A stretch of DNA of 64,000 nt. It comes from Porphyridium purpureum (lineage: Eukaryota). The notes under the pieces were generated by a model. That model was not told the DNA's origin. It ran no database searches and worked only from the letters and a program-made list of their open reading frames with translations. The stretch covers positions 124,001-188,000 of the forward strand of contig VRMN01000001.1 of the NCBI GenBank assembly GCA_008690995.1. Direction: 5' to 3'. Both the position numbers and the translations under genes were made by a program. Every line of letters begins with the position of its first letter. Position 1 is the first letter of the stretch. This document shows positions 34,211 through 43,400 of the stretch, piece by piece.

Positions 34211-34885
34211 CTAGTAAGTGGAGCCGGCAATAAAGTCGCTCATCACCTTTTGCTGTTCGTGGAAGTACTTGACAAGGTCCTTGACGACATCGCCCATGGA
34301 GATGACGCCTCTGAGTTTGTTTTGCTCGATGACAGGGATATGCGTGACGCTCATTTCGGCCATGAGGTCCATACAGTAACCGACCGTGGCAGACGGCGTC
34401 ACCCACACTAAGCTCTTGGTCGACATGATGTCCTTCACGTACGTCGAGTCTGATTTGCGGCCCAGAACCACCACCTTTTCCAAGTAGTCGCGCTCCGTGA
34501 CAATGCCCACGGGCTTCTCGTTTTGGGTCACGACGAGCGAGCCAATGTTGTGCTTGACCATCTCGCGCACGGCCTCAATCACCAGATCATCCGGCTTGCA
34601 TGTGCGGATCTCCGCACCCGCACCGCCCTTCTTGATATCCACGAGGTCGCCGGCGGTTGCCTGGTTGGGCCCAAACTGCGACTTCCTCGCATGCTCGTCC
34701 TCAATCTCGCGTCGCTTGTTGTACCCTGTCGGCGTGTTGACACTGCGCGAGAATTTCTGACCGAGGCGCGACAATGCCGCCGGCGCGGGCAGCGTCACGA
34801 ATTCTCGATACAGCACAGTGGGGCGTCCCGCCGCCGCCGTGCATCGGGGCAGCAGCGCACGCAGCGCAGCCGTCACGCGACTCAT
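34211..34885 (-). CDS. CBS-domain pair protein, probably mitochondrial (CBSX3-like)
   Basis: 'AVREMVKHNIGSLVV..GIVTERDYL..VKDIMS..HIPVIE..GVISMGDVVK'; presequence-like N-terminus from ATG 34885. Confidence 0.9.
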   Translation of the reverse strand: MSRVTAALRALLPRCTAAAGRPTVLYREFVTLPAPAALSRLGQKFSRSVNTPTGYNKRREIEDEHARKSQFGPNQATAGDLVDIKKGGAGAEIRTCKPDDLVIEAVREMVKHNIGSLVVTQNEKPVGIVTERDYLEKVVVLGRKSDSTYVKDIMSTKSLVWVTPSATVGYCMDLMAEMSVTHIPVIEQNKLRGVISMGDVVKDLVKYFHEQQKVMSDFIAGSTY

Positions 34886-35630
34886 TGCAGTGTCAGTCAC
34901 GTGTCGCGGCCGTTCCCTTTCCGCACAAAACCCACACCGCGAACTGACCGACTGGCGGAGCGAAGCAGCGGATGTCCTGTGCGCGCGCAACGCAAGCGTT
35001 TGCGCCTTTCTGCTGCCGAAACGTGCGTCCTTCTCACCAACGCGCAGTTGCCAACGTCTCCTGCCTTCTCCAGCTCCTCCTGGAGATTTTCGGGCGTTTA
35101 TGTTCTGCCTAAGCAAAATCACAAAATGGCCCTGTTTTGCTAGAAACCGCGCTTGGTGCCCGCAATCGGGATCCCAACTGAAACCCTCGATCTAACAACA
35201 CCAGCGGGTTATTTCGAGGGTTGAACCAACCCACAGAAGCATGCACAAGTGCGCGCAAGTGCGTGCACTAGCTCCGACCTGCATCTCGCGTCTGTGATCT
35301 TGATCATTGCATGCCGCCGGGGTCCCTGCTGCATCTCACTCAGGCGTCAAGAGCTGGCTCGCGGCCGCCCCGAGTCCTTTCGAGCCCGGATTCGGACGGA
35401 CAAATGGTCTGCACACGTTCGGCAGACCAGGTGCTGCCCGCAAACTGGCCGCGATGGGCTGCTCGTTGTCTGGCATCGGAATAGCGAAATACGGTAGTAA
35501 AGAAAAAAAAAAATTAAAAAAAACAAAGGCCATTCCTTCACAATTTGCGCCCCGGTCTTTCAACAAAGCAAAAAACGCATAACCCGCCAGATTCCCCGCG
35601 GAAGTATAGACTATCTCCTCATTTCTTGTA

Positions 35631-37817
35631 TTACCAGAAGAAGAGTGACTTCTCGCGGAGCGCAGTCGAACCCTTGAATGCCCATTGCTCCGCAGTGAGC
35701 CACAACTCGCTCCCAGACTCGGCTTGTATGTGCGCGAGTACTGCGCCGCCTTTCCATGCAAGCGTATCTGCGGGCATGTCCTTGCCTCCGAGCAGAACCT
35801 CGACGTTCGTTGCACCCGCCGCACCTCCGTCGCCAAACTGCTGCTTGACACGCTCGCTGAGCGCAGACTCGAGGCGCGCGCGCAACCCATCAATACCTGC
35901 GCAGCCACCTACCACCAGTACGGCGCCGAGCAGTCGTTTCCGCAACTCGGTAGCCATGCCCGGCTGTCGTACCTCGCACGAGTTGAGCACACTCTGTACA
36001 ATGGCTTCGTCAACCGCCCAGTTGGTGCCATCCAGTACTCGCCCAAAGTATCCAGCGCCAGCCATGTTGATCACTTTAGATCCGCACGAGTTGCCCGTCA
36101 CGTCGTCTACGAGCATGTCAAAATACATCGAGTCAGGGTCGTCCTGATATAGATCTAGAGCTGCCGTAGAGCTGCGTTCGTAGCCTATTCCGCGACCATG
36201 GTTGTCCAGGAGCGGCGATGGCTGCAAAAAGCGGAAAATGTCTGGATAGAAAAGAGACAGCGCGGGCACCACCCGGAACCCAATGCCCACATGAACGCGA
36301 AGCGTGCGTGAAGGTGTGTGCACAAGCTCAGTCGCCATGACGTCATTGTCTGTGACCGTCGTGCTGCTCCTTCTTTCCTTCAGACAGCGTGATACGCGCA
36401 CCAATTCGTGCTCAGGGAGGGGCTGCGTGCCGACCCTGAGCTTAGGACGCAGAAGCTCCATCAGCACAGCATCTAGTGCGCGACCGCCGTACTGAATTGC
36501 CACGCGCGACTCTGGCACGACTAGGCCGTCGTCCACGCACGCTACATACCCACCTGTGTGCCCAAGGTCCACGACTACGCACGAGGACAGCCCGGCACCG
36601 AAGGAGGCCATTACGGACGTGTGATGCACAATCACACTCCCAATCTCGCGTTGCCGAAATGCAGCGCCCACTAACGTGTAGATGTCAAGTCGCTTGAACT
36701 CTTCTGGTACAACCAGAACCACTCCAAACTTGTCCGCGCCTTTGCCAGCCGAAGGAGGACCGGGGCTGCGGCCATCCGCCTGCTCGTCGTCACTCATTTC
36801 GTTTTCGTCACCTTCACCTTCAGGGCGCATGCGACCTTGCCTTTCTTCCTCGCAATCTTGAACGGCGCACTTCATGGCATGACAGATGAGGACGTCTAAT
36901 GCACCTTCCAGTGCGCTGCGAGAGTACTCGGTCCATGCCAGACGACCGTTCCGTACGGGGAACACTAAATCGTACGAATGTTCGTTAAGCAAGTCCATGC
37001 GATCAATAGAATCATCGAATACCTTGCGCTTCGTCCTCGTCGTCTTGCCTGCGTCATGTGGAGTACTCTTGTTGCTTGTTCGGTCAGGTCGTTCCATAGC
37101 TGTATCAAGCCCATTCACGTGTTGTGCCTGATATCCTTCGGCCTTTGCGCTGCTCGCACTCTCATCTGCCTGCGATGAAACCGCATGCAGGCCTTCCTCT
37201 GCCGATGCATCCTCCACAAGAGTATCCCACGGGATCGGCTTTCCTCCTCCACGGCGTCGCTCCTCCAGTCGCTCCATGTGTCCAATCCCGAGAACAACCT
37301 CATCAAATGACTTGGGCCCGGCGGGTATCAGCATGTCCACGCCCGGAGTCGACGCGCTATAGGCGACGCTGTTGGTCAGAGAAGTCGCTGCCGCTGCTGC
37401 TGTCGCAGCCACCATGGTCTCCGACTCATTCTGCTGGATGCGTGCCGGTTTGCGTCGGATGCGTGATTGCTGCTGGTCAGCTGGGGGCACCTGGGCATGA
37501 GGCTGCGCTGCGTCCGACCCATTTCGGAGAAATCCAGCACACGTTGCAATGACGCGCGGATTGCGGTCGGTAATTCTACCGAAGCGCGTGGTAAACGAGC
37601 CAAACTGGATGACCACCGATCGGTTTGCCGCATACACAACCTTGTCCTTCTCGGCCGCTATCGCATCCGCCGCTGCTGCCGCTGCGAGCTCGGCGGCAGT
37701 CACGTTCGTCGATGCGTAGGTCGCCATCCCCACGGTGCCAACACCGGCTGTCGAAGCTGAAAGGCTGCGTTTACCCAGCGACGGCGACTCTCGCGGCGAC
37801 GACGCGGCGGATGCCAT
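35631..37817 (-). CDS. ARP8: Nuclear actin-related protein 8 (INO80 subunit)
   Basis: Actin-fold motifs 'VVIQFGSFTTRFG', 'ASFGAGLSSCVVVDLG' and C-terminal 'LAWKGGAVL..ELWL..LREKSLFFW'. Confidence 0.85.
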   Translation of the reverse strand: MASAASSPRESPSLGKRSLSASTAGVGTVGMATYASTNVTAAELAAAAAADAIAAEKDKVVYAANRSVVIQFGSFTTRFGRITDRNPRVIATCAGFLRNGSDAAQPHAQVPPADQQQSRIRRKPARIQQNESETMVAATAAAAATSLTNSVAYSASTPGVDMLIPAGPKSFDEVVLGIGHMERLEERRRGGGKPIPWDTLVEDASAEEGLHAVSSQADESASSAKAEGYQAQHVNGLDTAMERPDRTSNKSTPHDAGKTTRTKRKVFDDSIDRMDLLNEHSYDLVFPVRNGRLAWTEYSRSALEGALDVLICHAMKCAVQDCEEERQGRMRPEGEGDENEMSDDEQADGRSPGPPSAGKGADKFGVVLVVPEEFKRLDIYTLVGAAFRQREIGSVIVHHTSVMASFGAGLSSCVVVDLGHTGGYVACVDDGLVVPESRVAIQYGGRALDAVLMELLRPKLRVGTQPLPEHELVRVSRCLKERRSSTTVTDNDVMATELVHTPSRTLRVHVGIGFRVVPALSLFYPDIFRFLQPSPLLDNHGRGIGYERSSTAALDLYQDDPDSMYFDMLVDDVTGNSCGSKVINMAGAGYFGRVLDGTNWAVDEAIVQSVLNSCEVRQPGMATELRKRLLGAVLVVGGCAGIDGLRARLESALSERVKQQFGDGGAAGATNVEVLLGGKDMPADTLAWKGGAVLAHIQAESGSELWLTAEQWAFKGSTALREKSLFFW

Positions 37818-38098
37818 GCAAGATTGACTCTCAACTACAAGCGCCGGATAGCGAGTATGTTTGCGGCTGGCGCTGGCGACATGCGTGCGAAGCAGCAACT
37901 AGATTTGTTGCAGCTCGCTTCGCACAACCATCCCACAGCGGCCAAACCCGATTCCCGGCCCGCACACCTTGGTTGAGCAGGGCCGTCCTCGTGTTGACTG
38001 TGTGCGGCACGCGGAGCTAGGACGCACGTGCAGGAGCGGAACGCGAGCTGTGGTTCATTCGACAGTGGTAGAAGCGACCGGGGCGAGAAAGTGCGCCG

Positions 38099-38692
38099 AT
38101 GGAAGACTCACCACGCCTGGATGTCTACACTGCATGCGGACGAAAGGCGGCGTTTGCTGCTCCCGTGGCGTTCGTGCCCGTGGGGCAAAATCAGAGCCAG
38201 CGGTGTCGACGTGTGGTGCATGCGTTGCCGCGGTATACGCGGTGTGCCCGCGTGCGTGTGGATATGTGCGCTGGCGAGCAGGGCGAAGCTGCGCTTGGGC
38301 CTGATAATCTTATTCCGACCTGGTCTTGCGTCAAGCACTGCGGCGCGTGCTGCTACTTGAGCGCGGACGAGCGCGACTTGCATGTGGCTCTCCAAACGGC
38401 AGAGCAAGTCACGGAGTATTTGTCCTTAATTGGTCCAGACGGCTGGTGTGTGCACTTTGACAAGCAGAAACGCAGCTGCAGCGTTTATGCGTCGCGGCCG
38501 CTGTTCTGTCGCGTGGACCGAGCGCGTTTCGAAGAGCTGTACGGCGTGGCGGACGACGCCCAGTTCAACGAGTTCGCCGTAGGGTGTTGTGAGGACCATA
38601 TTGAGAGCATCTACGGCGGCGGTTCCGCCGAAATGGACCGCTTTGCGGCTGCTGTGTACGGAGACAGCAGCGGCAATGACACCGATCAGTAG
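38099..38692 (+). CDS. YkgJ-like CxxCxxCC putative Zn/Fe-chelating protein, probably plastid-targeted
   Basis: 'WSCVKHCGACCYL..DGWCVHFDKQKRSCSVYASRPLFCR..GCCEDHIESIYG'. Confidence 0.85.
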   Translation: MEDSPRLDVYTACGRKAAFAAPVAFVPVGQNQSQRCRRVVHALPRYTRCARVRVDMCAGEQGEAALGPDNLIPTWSCVKHCGACCYLSADERDLHVALQTAEQVTEYLSLIGPDGWCVHFDKQKRSCSVYASRPLFCRVDRARFEELYGVADDAQFNEFAVGCCEDHIESIYGGGSAEMDRFAAAVYGDSSGNDTDQ

Positions 38693-38806
38693 ATATGTAG
38701 ATCCATGTAGTGGATTCAAGAAACACAGTTCTACGTACGTACCGTACATCTACTTGACATGAAATGTTTCGCGTCGTTGCTTGGACTTGAACGGCTTTCC
38801 CAAGCA

Positions 38807-39703
38807 TCACTGCTCAGGAACCTCGTTGCGAACATAGCCAAGTGTGCGTTCAAACTCCATAATCTCGTCGCGATGTCCCTTGATATATACGGTGTTTGGT
38901 TCGCCGGGCGTCTCGGCCTCTTCGATGAGAAGCTTGACCTGCTCGATGCGCTCGGCGCCGCGCCAATACCACGGCACAACAAGTGCAGATACGGGTGTGA
39001 TGCCCCACCAGTAGACGGAACGGTACTCATCCGGCAAGAAAGTGTTCAACAGGACCACCAGCGAGCCGAGCCCAAGCGCAAGGCAGCTGAACAAAAGGCC
39101 AGCAATGAAGTATGACGGCGAGACGAGGCCTTCAAAAGTGACCACGCCCGGGCGCGTGTCGGCTTGTGCGTTGATTTTGTATGCGCGGCTCGCAAAGTGC
39201 TGCGCACACGCTCGCGCCATGGCGCCCGGCTCGCCTTCCACGGAGTAATTGTGCTGCTCGATGCGCGGCTTGGTTGAGCCCTTGACAAACGAGATGAGGC
39301 CCCAGAATGTCAAAAACCACACGAGCGCCGTGATCCCCAAGCTCCGCAAATTATCGTCATCGACTGCGCCCAGCATCTGCAGATGCCGTGCAGTCGCACT
39401 TACGTCTGGTATGGCTGGTGCGATCACAGACAAATCAGACGCCGATTCCACGCTCAAACCCATAGTCACTGCGCGCGACGTGGCCTTCACGCTACGAGAT
39501 CTACCGCTAACTGCCGCTCCCCCGTGCACGCGACTGGATGCATTCACAGTGCGCGTGAACGCCACATGCTGCTGCAAACAAGACGCAGGACACAACGCGC
39601 CGGCTCGGCGAGCCACATGCGGCGCAGTGGCTGGCACAAACGCGGCGGCGGCGGCGGCGGCGGCGTGCACAGGTCGCTCACAACGCGGCGTCTGGATCTC
39701 CAT
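38807..39703 (-). CDS. CCB1: Cofactor assembly of complex C subunit B (cytochrome b6 heme ci attachment)
   Basis: Transit-peptide-like N-terminus, three TM segments, and 'GLISFVKGSTKPRIEQ', 'FEGLVSPS', 'RIEQV', 'KGHRDEI'. Confidence 0.85.
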   Translation of the reverse strand: MEIQTPRCERPVHAAAAAAAAFVPATAPHVARRAGALCPASCLQQHVAFTRTVNASSRVHGGAAVSGRSRSVKATSRAVTMGLSVESASDLSVIAPAIPDVSATARHLQMLGAVDDDNLRSLGITALVWFLTFWGLISFVKGSTKPRIEQHNYSVEGEPGAMARACAQHFASRAYKINAQADTRPGVVTFEGLVSPSYFIAGLLFSCLALGLGSLVVLLNTFLPDEYRSVYWWGITPVSALVVPWYWRGAERIEQVKLLIEEAETPGEPNTVYIKGHRDEIMEFERTLGYVRNEVPEQ

Positions 39704-39820
39704 GACGCGCCACGCTCTTTCCTACTCACGCAGCGCACTGCCAGCAACCCAGTTGCGCGGCCAAATCACACCCGACCCACGCCAACACACTCACAGACAC
39801 AGCATTAACCGACCTTTGGC

Positions 39821-39823
<3 letters not shown>

Positions 39824-39853
<30 letters not shown>
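39824..39853. repeat. (CT)15 microsatellite
   Basis: Direct reading; lies between the CCB1 start and the LTR insertion. Confidence 0.95.
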
Positions 39854-39856
<3 letters not shown>

Positions 39857-39884
39857 CAATCTCAACCTTCCACCTCGCAATAAA

Positions 39885-40198
39885 CGTGGGAACGATGAGG
39901 TCCCGCTGAACCGCGGACTCCCGTGTTCACTTGGCCGGCGGTGCGGCATAAGTACGTTCTGTGGAGCGGCCGGGTCCCGGCCGGATAACTAGCGAAGATA
40001 AGAGACTCTTTAGCGTGGTGAGGTAAAGGTTCGTCGTTTATTCGGAGCGATAGGGAGCCGGCGCAGAATCGTCTGCGCGCCTCGAAGAGTCCGCCATATT
40101 AGTGGCCCACGTGTTGCACGTTTCGCCGTGCGCACCCGCACCCCTTTCGGGCGTAGCATCGATCTTTCTCGGCCGATCCCTTGGAGCACCTCTCCAAG
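39885..40198 (+). repeat. 5' LTR (CGTGG...CCAAG)
   Basis: Direct repeat of 45134-45447. Confidence 0.96.
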
Positions 40199-40213
40199 GG
40201 TTATGAGCCCAGC
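40199..40213 (+). promoter_or_regulatory. PBS complementary to the anticodon stem-loop of initiator tRNA-Met (half-tRNA primer)
   Basis: GGTTATGAGCCCAGC abuts the LTR. Its complement GCUGGGCUCAUAACC contains anticodon CAU, the same PBS type as Drosophila copia and yeast Ty5. Confidence 0.88.
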
Positions 40214-40495
40214 GGCGGAAGCCGTCTGCGCGTATATTGATCACATGCTTAACTTCGTGTTCGCTTGATCGGTCGTGGGTTTATTTGGTTTGTATCATCT
40301 TTGCTTCGGGGAGTTGGCTCGTGTGGAACGTCGGGTGTCAACTTCGGACGCGGTCGTTGTGTCTCGCTTGACATCGACCCCAACCGCGATACGGAGCTCG
40401 TGAGTGATAGAATCAAGAAGCGAAACAGTCCATCGCCTGGACCATCACGAGATCGTCGCGCCAGGAGGCGGACCTCGTGATCATAACTGTCGGTC

Positions 40496-43400
40496 ATGGA
40501 CGACCGTGAGCAGGAGCAGTCACGTCTGCGCGCAATTATGGCAGCGAGACAGCAATCGTTGGAACCACAACCTCTGCAGCAGGGTGGAGGTACGCAAGGC
40601 AATGCACAGGCTGGTCCATCGCCGACCGAGTTTGACATGTTGATGGCCAGGGTGAGAGCGGAATTATCCGCCGACTTACGCATGGCACAGCAGCGCATTG
40701 AGGGTCTGGAGAGCGATTTGGCGCACGAAAGAGCAGCGCGATCGGCTTTGGCGTCCGCGGGCGCGGGGCAGGTGGTTCATCAGCGGGGAAAGTTGCTTGA
40801 ACCTGCACGTATGCCGGCGTATGACGGGAAAAGAGACCTAGTAAAGATCCTGACGTGGATTTCGGCGGCTCGCGACCGAGTGATTGAGCCGTACAAGGAC
40901 GAAGTCGCGGCGGTTGGCGAATCTTGGGACGACGCAGCCGAAAAGAGGGTCGTTCGAAACCTCGCTGGGTTCCTGACGGATGACGCGCAGTTGTGGTGGA
41001 TTCGCCTGAGGGAGCAGCCGTTCACGGTTGAAGCATTTCTAGCCGCGCTCGAGATGCGGTTCGCCCCGGTGAACCCAGGCGCTCGGGCTAGAGATGAGCT
41101 GTTCGCGTTGGAGCAGAATAGCACGAGCGTGGAAGAGTATACAAATACTTTCTCCTCGCTCTGTCTGCGCATTGAAGACGCCACAGAGTCTGAATTGTTC
41201 GACAAGTACAAGCGAGGGCTTGACAAGGACATTAGGGTGCAAACCGAACTTAAGGGCACATCCAGCTTGGAAGAAGTTATCCGCGTAGCTTCGGAGATCG
41301 ATGCCATCATGCACCCGGAACGCGCCCGGACTGCCAAGAAAGGGCAGACGCCCTACGGGGACGGACCGGCTCCCATGGAGCTGGGCTCCGCTGAGCGCGG
41401 CGGGAAAAGCGTAGGTGCTGGCAGCGGCGGTAAAAGAAAGAGTGGTCGAAAGAAGTGGAAGGCTCGGGACAGCGGGAGGAGAGATGGTCTGAAAAAGGAT
41501 CAATGCGCCAACTGCAAACGCATAGGGCATTGGAAAAAGGATTGCCCGGAGCTCGCCGCACAGGCGGCTGAGCTGGAACTACTCACTGCGAGCACCAGAC
41601 CAAAAGTCGAGAGGCTTGTGAAGAGAAAAATGTGGGTGAATGGTCACCAAGTCGACGCAGTGTTTGATACAGGCGCGACGAACACATATGCTTCGCTCGC
41701 TTTCTGTGAGAAAATTGGTGTGGCGGTGGACCGGCGCGCTGCCGTGGGAGGAGTTCGCTTGGCGGATGGTACCATGTGCAGGCCCGAAGGGACCGCGCGC
41801 CTGACGTTGAGAATGCATGGGGCTCGGGATGCAAAGTTGTCCGCGGTGGTACACAGAGCGCGTCACGAGCTCATAGTGGGCCTGGACTGGCTGAGGGCGC
41901 AGAAGGCGCATTTGTCCGTGGGAGGCATGGAACTACTCAGCACGGATGCGGAGAAAATCAATGAGAAGCCCAATGAGCCAATTAGAGCCACAGAGCCGGT
42001 GAGGGTTCTGGACCACGACCTTTTGCATATGCCTGCGAAGGAAGATTGTGGGATTTGTGCCCTGGGCAAAATACAGAGAGTGCGCGCGGTGCGTCGCAAA
42101 GAGAGTGACTCCAATGCAATCATCGACTTTAATGAGGCCGTCTCCATTGATCTCGTGGACCCCTCCTCGGTTGGTGTGGATGGGACGAGATGGGTTCTGG
42201 TACACAAAGACATCGGAACGGGCTGGGTCTCTGTGACGGGCCTGAGGAATAAACTCGCCGACACGGCCTCGTTCGCGTTTCGAGAGATACAGCGGGGCCG
42301 CGGTTGGCCTCGGCTGGTGAAAAGCGATGGCGGCGGAGAATTTGGAGGTGTTTTCGAAGACATGCTCCGAGACCACCTGGTTGCCCACGAAAAGGGCATA
42401 GCGAGGCGTTCAAACACGCATGCCAGTCAAGAGAGGCTTCACAGGGACATGAATGCGACGGTGAGGGCGCTTCTAATCCAGTCCGGGTTGCCATCGTCAT
42501 GGTTCTGCTTCGCGGCTCGGTATTGGGCGGATGCTCGAAATCTCGTTTGGGCTGGGCGCGGAGGCGGTACCACCGCGTACGAGAAACGATTCAATACTAA
42601 ATGGAAATTGGAGCTGCCTGCGTTTGGCCGGGGCGTCGTAGTTTACGACGAGGCTTCCGACAAGAATGAACCGAAGGGCTCTGTCGCAATCGTGGTCGGT
42701 TTTCGGATACCAGAATCAGCAGTCATCAAACAACGACTGAATTGCCTGGTGATCCCTGTTTCAGATATGAGGCCGGCAGCGGCGCGATGGGTACAAGAAT
42801 GGAAACTGCTCAAAGAAAAGTATCCCGTCGTAAGAAAACAGCTCAGGCCCGTTGAAGAAGAATTCGCCCGCCCGCCGGACCCTAAACCAGTTGCTGACGA
42901 CGAGGGGCAGCAGTACCCTGGAAGCGGTAGGAATGATAAGAGCGACGAGACCGGCGAGACCTCGGAAACCGAGCCGCCGGCCGACTCAAGAGAGAAAAGT
43001 AATGAGATAGAAACAGGTTTCAAAGAATGCGTACGTGCAAGCGAAACAGAAGCGCCTCCGATGGGGCCGCTCGCGACAGTAGACGGTCGATCGCGAAAGG
43101 GCTCGTGGAGCAGCGAGCAAATTGCGGCTATTTCGGGCGGCTTCACACGACTGGGTCCAAAGTGGTCGCAAATTATCAAAGAGAGTAAGGCCGCCTTGGC
43201 TGGTAAAACAGCGAAAGACGTGCGCTCGAAAGCGCAGGCGCTCGGATTGCTCGGCTCACAAGCCCAAGGTCTTGGCGAACACAGGCGCGGGAGGAGCGGG
43301 GCCTTGCGGCGCGCGAGGGTGAAGTTCGTAGAAGTTGCGGAAAAAGGGGTGTCGGCGCGGGCAGAGAAGGTCAGCGTGCCTCTTGCCGGAGCGACGGCCT

